Below, piece after piece: positions 50,701-59,985 of a stretch of DNA of 64,000 nt. A model generated the notes under the pieces. That model worked only from the letters and a program-made list of their open reading frames with translations. It was not told where the DNA came from and made no database searches. Origin of the DNA: a bacterium (GTDB lineage: Bacteria; SZUA-182; DTGQ01; JAFGSM01); NCBI GenBank assembly GCA_049472335.1, contig JBLIRO010000014.1, positions 9,684 through 73,683 on the forward strand, in the 5' to 3' direction. The position numbers were made by a program, and so were the translations under genes. How positions within the stretch are numbered: position 1 is the stretch's first letter; the number at the start of each line of letters is the position of its first letter.

Positions 50701-53700
50701 GGTAAAGGTCTTGGTAAGCTCGTTCCCATTGTTATCATAGGTAAATGTAGTGATATTTCCTAGTGGGTCTGTTTGTGAAGTCATATTGCCTGATGCATCA
50801 TAGGAATATCCTGTGACATTACCCAATGGATCAGTACCGCTTGACAAATTGCCACCTGCATCATAAGTATTTGTAAGCACATTACCTATGGGGTCAGTAA
50901 TAGAGAGAAGATTTCCCTTGGCATCATAAGTATTTGTTGTTATGTTCCCCATTGGATCCGTAATTGTAAGGGGCCTGCCTTTTGCATTGTAAGTATAACT
51001 CGTAGTATTGCCGAGGGGATCGGTCTTAGTGAGCATATTGTCTTTGGCATCGTATGTATAGGTTGTGGTATTCCCGAGAGGATCAGTTTCGGAGAGTGTA
51101 TTCCCTCTTGCATCATAGGTATATGTTGTTATATTACCTAAGGCATCGGTCTTTTTGGTAACATTGCCTTCATCATCATACTCAAAGACAGTGATATTAC
51201 CAAGCCGGTCACTTACTATTTCCTGACGGTTGTCGGGATCATGGTTATATTCAATACGGTTTCCTTCTGCATCGATATGGGCAATAAGGCTGCCGTCATA
51301 GTCATATTCGTTCCTCATGGGCCTGTTTCCTGTAGGATCGAAGATATCCACCAGGCCATGATTGCTGTTATAGGTATATTGAGAAGTATTACCTTCCTGG
51401 TCGGTGAAGGCGACAAGGTCGCTTCTGACATCATATTCATAGAGGAGACTATTCCCCATGGGATCCGCAATCTCGGTGATCCGTCCCTGAGCGTCGCGGG
51501 TGAAATTTACACTCTTACCTGTAGAATGGATGATGCCGTTATAGGTGATATCAAGGGAATTGCTGTTGTTATCTGTAACCCTCTTTAATCCTTCTGTTTG
51601 ATCAATGATATACACAGTTCCGTCTATGGTGGTCAGTTGGTAACGATTGGGATTGTAAATCTCAAAGTCCCAGTTCAAGACCTGAGATCCGTCAAAATAC
51701 ATGGGAGAATCATCAAGGGCTGTCAGAGAGCCGTTTGTCCCTGGACGGGGTGAATAGACTGCGGAATTTAACCATTGAATAGGATATAAAGTTTGCGATT
51801 CAGGTGTAAATTTGCAGTCAAACTCCAGGGTCTGTCCGTCGGGAAGGGTTATGCTTACGTAATGTTCACCATCAGGCCGGAGATAGTATGTTTTGATCAA
51901 TCCTCCTGATGCTTGTTGATACCATCCTTTACCCAGCTCACGGTTTTCTTCCACCTTTGTGGTCCTGATATCTATGTTCCAGCCGTAACCAAAATCACCT
52001 TTGTAATGCCTGATTCGGCTGTCATAGGTCCGATAGATTGTGATGGGAATGCCTGCTACGGGGATCTCCAGATCTTTAAAGGTCACGGTAAAGTTTCCTA
52101 CTTTTAGGTCACCTGTGATCCGGTAGGTTACCATGACCGAATTCGTCAGGCCATTTACATCAACAGCGCTTAATCTTATGTCATAGAGGCCGTTAACAAG
52201 CAGGGAAGGATTGAGGGTGCCAAGGACATCCTCTAAGACCTCTGTATTGCCTTTATAAAACTTTACGAAATTATTCTTATCTTTTTCCGAGTATTCCAGG
52301 GTATAGCTGACCAGGTTCTCATCGCTTGCTGTTCCTCTCAGATCCGTAGGTGCTGTTAATTCGGAATCCGTTGCTGGGGTTGATATGCTGACCTCTGGAG
52401 GTGTTGTATCGCTGGGATCACGCACCCCAAATAAGGCAATTAAGGTATCGCAGTTTCCGGAGGTATCGCATACGGTGGCCTGGATCTCATGCACCCCTAT
52501 GGTGGCAGCGGTGTAAGTGGCACTGTTTCCTATCAGTGGAATGTCTATCCCGTCCACCTGTAATTCATAGGACCCGATAGCTTCGTTATCTATGGCATCA
52601 ATGGCTATGGTAGCGGTTTCTCCGGGATTGAGAATGAGAGGGGCTATCTGGATTTCGGAGATCCTTGGCGGGGTGAAATCTGTTATTTCTTCTACAGTCA
52701 GGCTATATTCCTGTGTATCAGAGGCAGCAGAAGGATCGGTGACTTTTACTTTTATGGTATGGTCTCCTATATCTGAGCTGCCTGGGGTCCATTCAATGAG
52801 ACCGGATGCACTATCTATGGTCATACCAGGCGGAGCGATTTCAAGAGTAAATGTTAGTGGATCTTCATCGATGTCAAAGGCTTCGACATCATAAGAATAG
52901 ACAATGTTCTCTTTGGCAGTGAGTGTGGGTGTAGAGGTGATCTGAGGGGGATCATTAGTATTCTGCACAGTGATTGTAAAAGACTGTGTATCGATGCCGC
53001 CTCTTCCGTCCTGCACCTGGACGGTGACGTTATTGTCTCCCACATGGTCCTGTAATGGTGTCCACTGGATCAATCCTGTGACACTGTCAATGCTCATGCC
53101 GGAGGGAGCTTCTGTGAGGCTATAGGTTAATATGTCTCCATCCGGATCGTTGGCTTCTACATCATAGTTGTATGGGAAGTCTTCATTGGCTGAGGTAATT
53201 GGCGATGAGGTGATTGTGGGTATCGTATTACACAGATCAAAGGTGGCTGATGCCTTGTTGTTTTCCTCATCTATTTCCAGTACCCTGCCAAAACCTGTGC
53301 CGTCATCGTCCGCTACGACGTATAAGGTATGTGTTTTGTAAAGTGAAGAGGTGTTTATATAGGAGATGTCTGTATATTCTCCGGGATTCAGTTGAATATC
53401 AACTGTTTTAGTTCCAAGAAGGGTGCCTCCGCTGTCAGGGTCCCCATCATAGAAGGCGACCTTTAGGCCGGGAGCCGTATGCAGGGCGCCACCGTTACCG
53501 ATGCGGGCGATTATTTCCACATCCGGACAATTGCTTAGGTTCACCCGGATATAGGAGGCGATGAGGTCGATGCAGCCAAAGGGCTGGATCATCTGGTTCT
53601 GTCGGAAGTTGTTATAGATCTCCCAGTTGTTTGCTTCATACTGTGGAATGGAGCCGTCGTCGTTGATATTTGTAATATGGTAGGCGTGCTGGTTCCAGAT

Positions 53701-56700
53701 CTTTCGGGTATTGATCCAGGTATCGTTGAGGTCGCCGAAGACATAGATACCTCTTTGTGGACCTTTGCCACAATTATTATTTGCAACAGCAAGAATTTCA
53801 GCATTATTATCATTATCAACATCCGCAACAAGTACATATTCATACCAAGTGCATGAACTCATGGGAACCTGAAAGAGAATAGTTCCGTCTATCCCTCTAT
53901 AAACGCGGAGATACAGCTCATCCCTATAAACCACCTCTGATGAGCCGTCACCGTCGAAATCAAAAACAGATGACCCTGTGACGTTAGAACTAGCATCCTG
54001 TGTTACAGATGCCCAGAGAATACCCCCATTTGTATCAAAGACTGTATAACGGGAAGCTCCGGCAACACCGATTTCCACCTCACCATCATTATCGAAGTCG
54101 GCAACTGTGGGTGGACCACCATTACCACCTCCGGGGATAGATACAGGACCCCATTTAACTGCACCATTATGTTCTAAGAGCCATACTCTGCCGCCGCTAA
54201 CGAGAACAATCTCAGGGAAGGGGTCATCATCAAAGTCGGCAACCGCATTCAAGCCATCAGGCAAAGAGGTTTGCTGCCAGAATATGATGCCGGAACTAAA
54301 ATAAGCTGTATTACCTGCCACTATTTCAGGGCTTCCATCCAAATTTAAATCAGCAGCAAAAGAAAGGGGCCCTATGGCACCAAGTGATCCTCTGCCACCA
54401 GTGCCTGTCCAACGAATTGAACCATCGTTATTTAAAACCTGGCGGCCGATTATGAGTTCTGTCACACCATCCATATCTATATCACATAAAGAAGGCGCTC
54501 CCCAATAAATTGCCTCAAGATAAGGACTACGCCACTTAAAGGTGCCATCATTCTCAAATACAAACAACCTTGCCCCGGTGGAATCACAAGCCACAATTTC
54601 CGGTTTGCCATCCAGGTCAATATCACCGGCAGCAACTGATGAGGCAGTATTAACATATAATGAAGAATCGGTAACAGTGAACAATTCAGCCCCGTTGTTT
54701 CCACTTAAAGCCCGAAGGACCCCGATTTCCACATAGGCGCCGCCTCGAGATGAAGTGCTTCCAAAAACAATATCCGGAATGTTATCGTCATTAAGATCGA
54801 TCACTGCCGGGGTCATCATAACATTAAGCCAATCTGGCAGCACTGAAGAGCTTGTCCATGCCCATTCAAGCACCGGATCAAAGCTGCCCACAGGGGGTAT
54901 CAGCTCACAATCAGCCATACTATTAGTGATATTATTCTCCTCATCCGTTTCAGCAATCTCGTTCTCACTATCCACGAATGCATGAATAAGGTTTCCTTTA
55001 AACAGCATGCTGCCGCTCACATCCACGATTATAGTGAGCATATCCGAGCCCAATGGGCCATCTGGAAGGATTAAGGTGCCGAGTATATTATCCGTGCCTG
55101 CATCAAACTCATTGTTTGTGTTGATATCCTCAAAAAGTGTAATAACGTAGCTGTCAATGACATTGCTTGTGCCGTTATTTTTGATCACTACATCCACAGT
55201 GCCGGTTATGCCAAGGTTTTGAGAATCTACTATCACGTTGGAGGTATCCATGGATGTCGGTTCAAGGTCTATGTCAGCCACTCCCAGGGACAAGACAAAA
55301 TCGACCGGGCTGTTTAGTGAAACTACGGTCCCGGCAACAGGTTCCTGGCTGACAACCAATCCTTCCGGCACAGTATCACTATATGCCAGACCAATTGTGC
55401 CTACCTCAAGGATTGCTGAAATAATGGTGGTTTCTGCGTTCGTTTGTGTCATCCCTATGATATTCGGGACTATTGTGCTTGTTTGTATTACCTGAATGGT
55501 GTACTGCTGGGAATCACTGTTTCCATGGCCGTCCTCCGCCAGGACATCAACTATTTGATCACCTGCCTGCTCGCGGGCCGGCACCCAGGTGATAAGGCCT
55601 GATGCTGCATCAATTGCCATGCCGGAGGGGGCTGTGGTTAGTGAATATGTAAGGGTATCTCCATCAGGATCAGTGGCATCAACATCGTAAGTGTACAATA
55701 CATCCTCTGTGGCTGTTGTTATCGGGATAGAGATAATCTCAGGAGGAAAGTTAAGCACAACGGAGATATCCTTTGTGGCCGTATCCGTAGCCCCAAGGTC
55801 ATCGGTGACCTTAAGGCTCACTGTATAATTTCCCGGGTTTTGGTAGCTATAGGTAAGGATCTCGCCCTGAGCAGTATTCCCGTCTCCGAAATCCCATTCA
55901 TATTCAACAATATCACCATCGGTATCATAAGAAGATGATGCATCAAAATCGAAGTCCTCTCCAACCCTGCGCAGGTCCTGCGAGGTAAACTGCGCAACTG
56001 GCCGGGCATTAACAATGGCAGTTGTTTGTGCCTGTCCGGAAGCGCCCCTTGAGTCGGTGACAAATAGGGTGACTGTATATTGCCCTGATGAGGTATAGGT
56101 GTGAGTGGGATTCGGAAGGTCCGATATAATACCGTCCCCAAAGTTCCATTGATAGCTAAGAGGAAGGTCACCATCCGGATCATAGGATTCGGAGCCGTCA
56201 AAGGTTATGGCTTCACCCAGTAATGTGCCATAGGGTCCTCCTGGATTTGCAACGGGCGAATCATTGGGCCTGGGATTTACTGTAAGAATATAAAACTGGG
56301 TGGCAGAGGCCCCAAGGCTGTCAGTTGCCCTGACAGTTATATAATGCGGTCCTATTTGTGAAGCAGTTGGTGTCCAGGAGATGAATCCAGTGGCATTGTC
56401 TATTGTCATGCCATCAGGCGCCTGGTCTAAATAGTATGTAATGGAATCACCATCAGGATCAGTGGCCTCTACATCATATCCGTATGGCTGACCCTCATGG
56501 GCAGTTAAGGGAGGAGTTGAAGTGATCCGGGGCGGATTATTGCGTATTCTGCCCTGTGATATGATATGTACGGCATAGGAGCCGCAGATATCTTCATTAT
56601 CCTCGATAACTATTACACGATACCAGTAGTCCTTGTATAACTCCACATTATAATCCAAAAATGTGCTGTAGGTAGAATCCGTAACCCCTATTAGCTCCAT

Positions 56701-59112
56701 TCCGGTATTTGCTCCCTTTTCGGAGCGATATATTTTGTATTCATCTGCCCCGATATGGGTCCAAACAAGTTGTGCCTTAGTGCCTTTTGGCCTGACATAA
56801 AGATCGATGATGCATGGATCATAAATCCTGATTTCGGTAAAATCTTCACCGGTCAGGTTGGGAGAGCCTGTAAAGGAAAATGCATTGGCTGTATCATCCG
56901 TAACCCTGAGGCCTATGGAATATACGCCCTTGGTATCAAATACCGGGATATTTGGATTGACACCTGTGGCTTCATCAAAGTCATACGGGAAATCCATGTC
57001 GATCTCCCAATCATATGCCGTTATGCTGTCTCCGTCCGGCTCATCAATATCATAGGAACCGCTCCCATCCAGGGTGATATTTTCACCCATGGCTGAGATA
57101 TAGGGGCCATTGGCATTAGCAGTGGGTGGATGAGGAACAAAACTAACCGTAATAATTACAAAATCATCATCCCATTGACAGTCATCATCCCAGAATTCAA
57201 GTCTTGCAGTATATGTTCCCGGTGAGGAATACTCATGGCAGAAAGTGGGGGAATTTGAATCCGGATCATTATCAGGGATGTTATCTCCGTCTGAATCATA
57301 GGTAATATCAAAATCCCATTTATATTTTATTGTACACCCGCTATCAATGGTATCCTGGTCATAGGATCCTGTTCCATCAAAACAGACCTGATTCCTGAAA
57401 TTGATGTTTTGATCCTCCCCGGCATCCGCAACCGGTTCAAGAAGCCCGGATGGTGTAAAGGGGATGAATGCGCCGAAGCAGGGGGCGTCATAATCCCCGT
57501 TTAAAACCGTGATTGGTTTGGTGGACTCTATACGAAGCATTTCAGCATTCCATATTCCTGATCCCCACCAGACATCACCTCCGGGTGTTCCTTCCAGCCA
57601 GCCATTAGTGCCTCCTATCCCGGGGCCGATGGTAAAATCATGCTGCCCGTTACCTCTGAATCCGTTGGTATAACTCAAAGAAGTAATGGTTACCCTTGTA
57701 TCGGGGTCAAAGGCAAATACCTGAAGGTCGTTTGAATTACCGTAATTTTGAGCAAAGGTATATATAATCCTGCTGTCAGGCCCTGTAGGAACAGAAAAGG
57801 CAACATCAGCAAATTCGATTGTGTTACTCCCGACAGGCCCCACATAGACCAAGATCGGCTTGTCCGATTGGATCTTTACAAAATCATCATCAAATGCATT
57901 TCCGTTATTGTTGAGAATAGTAACCGTCGGAGAGCTGTTTCGTGGAATAATGTTTCCGCTGCTTGTTGTAGCAAGGGTAGGGGTATAGATTTGATAGAAG
58001 TCTTCACCCGTGGTTAAGGTAATGGTTTTGCTGTCATCAGTATCACTCAGATCCGTTATGGCAACAGTGGTATCAGTTTCTAAAGGGAAAACGGTAAGAT
58101 ACCGCTCTGCAAAGGTATAGAAAAGGGTGCCTCTCTCAATCCCTTTATCTCCTTTGGCATAAGATGGAGGAGTCACTGTCCAGTCAGGGCCCCTCTGAGA
58201 AGAATAGCCAACCAGAACGGATATATCTACATTACTTGTAATTCTTACCGTATCGTCCTCAAAGGTATTTATAAAATAGATCTCAATCTCACTATTCTCA
58301 AAAACCTTTCTGGGACTGCCGGTAGTCAGTACTGTTGAATCATCACTATCCGGATCGGTATTTGTTATAAGATCTTCTATGGCAATGGAAGTTGGAGTAT
58401 TATCATCCTTTAAGGCAAAGATATACATCTCCTTCGTAGTGAATCCCAGAAAGCTTCGGCCAACCTCTCTTCCGAACTCACCCTGGTCATTGGATTCCAT
58501 CAAGATAACAGAGGCCGGGATATAGGACATCCAGGGATTACCATCAGAGGGTGGATTTGAAGGATGTCTGGTGGAACTTGATAATGATCCTGTCCAGATG
58601 GTCACAGGCTTTGGTTCAGGGCCTCCTTCTGCAGATGATGAAATAATGCGAACCCTGATTTCAGCGTTGGGCCCGCCCAATCCACCTACGCCTTCAAAGG
58701 AATCCCCGGCTTCATTTAAAACAAAGGGATTTGTCAAAAAAATAGTCAAAGATCGATTTATCCTCGAATCACTCATGGAAAGGGGCGCTCCGGTATCTAT
58801 ATCAATAAGCGTAATCTTTGTGTTGTCATTGTGGGCAATAATTCTCAGGTCTCCTGACCAGAAGGTAATGTATTCAGTGCCTGATACGGCGGCATATGCC
58901 TTGGAAGGGAGAAAAAGCTCAATGGCATCATGAAATGCATCTGCAAGATTTGAGATGATTCCCTGGCTCTTTTCATGGTAAAAAACCCTTGTTGAATAGG
59001 CTGATGGCATCATCCATATGCAGGATTGCACCAAAAAAACATAACAAATGAGAAAAACAATTGATTTACAAAAAAAACTGCCATTGAAACGACTTACAAA
59101 TCCCTTCTCCAT
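47734..59112 (-). CDS. Giant RHS/YD-repeat protein (4 PKD, 4 He_PIG/Ig, PASTA, CARDB-like, FG-GAP propeller, RHS core, variable C-terminus)
   Basis: N-terminal hydrophobic segment; YD repeats; YLRARYY...GRFLTSDP...NNPVNYIDPSG. Confidence 0.95.
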   Translation of the reverse strand: MEKGFVSRFNGSFFCKSIVFLICYVFLVQSCIWMMPSAYSTRVFYHEKSQGIISNLADAFHDAIELFLPSKAYAAVSGTEYITFWSGDLRIIAHNDNTKITLIDIDTGAPLSMSDSRINRSLTIFLTNPFVLNEAGDSFEGVGGLGGPNAEIRVRIISSSAEGGPEPKPVTIWTGSLSSSTRHPSNPPSDGNPWMSYIPASVILMESNDQGEFGREVGRSFLGFTTKEMYIFALKDDNTPTSIAIEDLITNTDPDSDDSTVLTTGSPRKVFENSEIEIYFINTFEDDTVRITSNVDISVLVGYSSQRGPDWTVTPPSYAKGDKGIERGTLFYTFAERYLTVFPLETDTTVAITDLSDTDDSKTITLTTGEDFYQIYTPTLATTSSGNIIPRNSSPTVTILNNNGNAFDDDFVKIQSDKPILVYVGPVGSNTIEFADVAFSVPTGPDSRIIYTFAQNYGNSNDLQVFAFDPDTRVTITSLSYTNGFRGNGQHDFTIGPGIGGTNGWLEGTPGGDVWWGSGIWNAEMLRIESTKPITVLNGDYDAPCFGAFIPFTPSGLLEPVADAGEDQNINFRNQVCFDGTGSYDQDTIDSGCTIKYKWDFDITYDSDGDNIPDNDPDSNSPTFCHEYSSPGTYTARLEFWDDDCQWDDDFVIITVSFVPHPPTANANGPYISAMGENITLDGSGSYDIDEPDGDSITAYDWEIDMDFPYDFDEATGVNPNIPVFDTKGVYSIGLRVTDDTANAFSFTGSPNLTGEDFTEIRIYDPCIIDLYVRPKGTKAQLVWTHIGADEYKIYRSEKGANTGMELIGVTDSTYSTFLDYNVELYKDYWYRVIVIEDNEDICGSYAVHIISQGRIRNNPPRITSTPPLTAHEGQPYGYDVEATDPDGDSITYYLDQAPDGMTIDNATGFISWTPTASQIGPHYITVRATDSLGASATQFYILTVNPRPNDSPVANPGGPYGTLLGEAITFDGSESYDPDGDLPLSYQWNFGDGIISDLPNPTHTYTSSGQYTVTLFVTDSRGASGQAQTTAIVNARPVAQFTSQDLRRVGEDFDFDASSSYDTDGDIVEYEWDFGDGNTAQGEILTYSYQNPGNYTVSLKVTDDLGATDTATKDISVVLNFPPEIISIPITTATEDVLYTYDVDATDPDGDTLTYSLTTAPSGMAIDAASGLITWVPAREQAGDQIVDVLAEDGHGNSDSQQYTIQVIQTSTIVPNIIGMTQTNAETTIISAILEVGTIGLAYSDTVPEGLVVSQEPVAGTVVSLNSPVDFVLSLGVADIDLEPTSMDTSNVIVDSQNLGITGTVDVVIKNNGTSNVIDSYVITLFEDINTNNEFDAGTDNILGTLILPDGPLGSDMLTIIVDVSGSMLFKGNLIHAFVDSENEIAETDEENNITNSMADCELIPPVGSFDPVLEWAWTSSSVLPDWLNVMMTPAVIDLNDDNIPDIVFGSTSSRGGAYVEIGVLRALSGNNGAELFTVTDSSLYVNTASSVAAGDIDLDGKPEIVACDSTGARLFVFENDGTFKWRSPYLEAIYWGAPSLCDIDMDGVTELIIGRQVLNNDGSIRWTGTGGRGSLGAIGPLSFAADLNLDGSPEIVAGNTAYFSSGIIFWQQTSLPDGLNAVADFDDDPFPEIVLVSGGRVWLLEHNGAVKWGPVSIPGGGNGGPPTVADFDNDGEVEIGVAGASRYTVFDTNGGILWASVTQDASSNVTGSSVFDFDGDGSSEVVYRDELYLRVYRGIDGTILFQVPMSSCTWYEYVLVADVDNDNNAEILAVANNNCGKGPQRGIYVFGDLNDTWINTRKIWNQHAYHITNINDDGSIPQYEANNWEIYNNFRQNQMIQPFGCIDLIASYIRVNLSNCPDVEIIARIGNGGALHTAPGLKVAFYDGDPDSGGTLLGTKTVDIQLNPGEYTDISYINTSSLYKTHTLYVVADDDGTGFGRVLEIDEENNKASATFDLCNTIPTITSSPITSANEDFPYNYDVEANDPDGDILTYSLTEAPSGMSIDSVTGLIQWTPLQDHVGDNNVTVQVQDGRGGIDTQSFTITVQNTNDPPQITSTPTLTAKENIVYSYDVEAFDIDEDPLTFTLEIAPPGMTIDSASGLIEWTPGSSDIGDHTIKVKVTDPSAASDTQEYSLTVEEITDFTPPRISEIQIAPLILNPGETATIAIDAIDNEAIGSYELQVDGIDIPLIGNSATYTAATIGVHEIQATVCDTSGNCDTLIALFGVRDPSDTTPPEVSISTPATDSELTAPTDLRGTASDENLVSYTLEYSEKDKNNFVKFYKGNTEVLEDVLGTLNPSLLVNGLYDIRLSAVDVNGLTNSVMVTYRITGDLKVGNFTVTFKDLEIPVAGIPITIYRTYDSRIRHYKGDFGYGWNIDIRTTKVEENRELGKGWYQQASGGLIKTYYLRPDGEHYVSITLPDGQTLEFDCKFTPESQTLYPIQWLNSAVYSPRPGTNGSLTALDDSPMYFDGSQVLNWDFEIYNPNRYQLTTIDGTVYIIDQTEGLKRVTDNNSNSLDITYNGIIHSTGKSVNFTRDAQGRITEIADPMGNSLLYEYDVRSDLVAFTDQEGNTSQYTYNSNHGLVDIFDPTGNRPMRNEYDYDGSLIAHIDAEGNRIEYNHDPDNRQEIVSDRLGNITVFEYDDEGNVTKKTDALGNITTYTYDARGNTLSETDPLGNTTTYTYDAKDNMLTKTDPLGNTTSYTYNAKGRPLTITDPMGNITTNTYDAKGNLLSITDPIGNVLTNTYDAGGNLSSGTDPLGNVTGYSYDASGNMTSQTDPLGNITTFTYDNNGNELTKTFTRTTSSGTETISVQSEYDSMNRLIKNTDPYGNSTITEYNAVGKRSATIDQNGNRADYEYDGRGNIEKITYPDGTAETSTYDAEGRKISSTDRAGRTTQYIYDALGRIIKTIYPDGSSTTGTYDAAGRTTTQTDTRGNTTSYTYDAAGHRTSIIDPYGNVTNYTYDANGNQITMTDANGNTYVYEYDKNNRLIKTIFPDGTFTTTTYNEIGWKTSETDQAGNTTNFDYDAKGQLISVTDALGNITTYEYDELGNKISQTDANGNSTMWEYDKLGRVTKKIMPLGMVEITEYDAVGNILSKTDFNGNTTTYTYDDNNRILQKIYPDGSSVSYIYNSSGQKISELDSRGLTTYEYDLLNRLIKRTDPDGTTISYTYDAAGNRASVTTPSDTTMYSYDSLNRLKTVTDPDLGVTTYSYDKLGNRINVQYPNGTKALYTYDILNRLIRLENKRSDDSILSSYNYTLGPVGNRIIVQEHTGRTVEYTYDALYRLTKEKITDPVHGDRLISYSYDPVGNRLTKSDSVDGTINYTYDNNDRLLSENGTTYTYDNNGNTITKTEGSNITTYSYDYENRPVEVNTPTSLISYIYDSDGIKVSSTVNGAVTSYLVDKNRAYAQVLEETDAGSSLIAGYVHGDDLISMKRGSIQYFYHYDGNGNTRELTDFSETITDTYIYDAFGVILNRTGVTDNNYLYTGEQYDVNIGFYYLRARYYNQATGRFLTSDPMEPFPGSIYDPPSLHLYVYTKNNPVNYIDPSGNFGICGVMISIAVISIINLIAITWPGSFIGRAYKAIGKLLPDGIILGAAGSVHLLRRIPKFSGRLPFGYGGQAGIEWVLNVGSSEEGFFFYGGFGASISASWNVVRYVAFVYRLHNLLGHYAGPSNAFGIGERIQVGFFFGTGSPSGNYWGLVYSRQIIGSSGFGISGVRNWARPLSVRSYSTMWPMVGYATALGAIIGGYLGRNAASTVVGATMGYIWPFTKWLEGPELRSRQAWRK

Positions 59113-59152
59113 TTTGCTCCCTCCTTATTTATCAAACCTATTGTATTAAGCT

Positions 59153-59959
59153 TCAGGTAGCACCAAGTTGAATCAATATGTCTATAATCCTTTCATCACC
59201 TTTTTCTTTTGCGTAGTCCAATGCCGTTTTATTTTGTTTATTCGCTTGATTTATATTAGAGACCTTTCGGGCAATTTCAAAAACACTAAACTCATCTTTA
59301 CTGTTGACGGCGTACATTAATATGGTCTCGCCATTATTGTCAGTTTTATTGGGATCAGCGCCCTTTTCCAACAGGAGACGAACAATATCTCTTTTCCCTT
59401 CATATACGGCATATGTTAATGGGGTCCAACCTGATTTATCTGCCCTGTTACTATTTGCACCGGCATCAATTAACGCTTCAACAATTTTTATATGGTCCCA
59501 TACAATGGCGAACGTTAGAGCAGATTCCTCTTCGTGTGTGAAAGCTTCAATATCGGGAGAATACTTTAAAAGGGCCGTAACATTTTCAAAATAGCCCAGC
59601 GCCGCCAATTCCATAAGACATGTTCGACCGAGTCTATTTTTATGATTAATATCAGCTCCTTTTAATAATAAATACTCCAATACTTCACAATTAGATGAGT
59701 TCATGCATGCATAAAAAAGGACGGTTTCATCTTCAATATTAACAGCATCTATTCGGGCTCCAAGATCGATAAGAAACTTTAAAGATTCAAGACAACCATT
59801 CTTTGCAGCAATCATTATTGGAGTTTCTGAGTAACTGTTACCGTGATTTATGTCCAATCCTGTTTTTGCCAACTTTTTTAAAAGATTTACTTGATTTTTT
59901 GAAGCTGCGGCAAACAATAATCCATAATTGCCAATTGATTTCGAGCTAGTGTGTCTCAT
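59153..59959 (-). CDS. Ankyrin-repeat protein, putative immunity protein
   Basis: ETPIMIAA, GRTCLMELA, GWTPLTYAV, KTALDYA repeats; directly after an RHS C-terminus. Confidence 0.92.
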   Translation of the reverse strand: MRHTSSKSIGNYGLLFAAASKNQVNLLKKLAKTGLDINHGNSYSETPIMIAAKNGCLESLKFLIDLGARIDAVNIEDETVLFYACMNSSNCEVLEYLLLKGADINHKNRLGRTCLMELAALGYFENVTALLKYSPDIEAFTHEEESALTFAIVWDHIKIVEALIDAGANSNRADKSGWTPLTYAVYEGKRDIVRLLLEKGADPNKTDNNGETILMYAVNSKDEFSVFEIARKVSNINQANKQNKTALDYAKEKGDERIIDILIQLGAT

Positions 59960-59985
59960 ATTATCGGTTGACTGTTTTTAATATA

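Noticed and set aside
25155..56140. Isolated GTCCCC hexamers inside coding regions (e.g. ~25160, ~53440, ~56133)
   Set aside because: Dispersed within intact ORFs and without stutters; compatible with chance, unlike the 43.2-46.1 kb cluster
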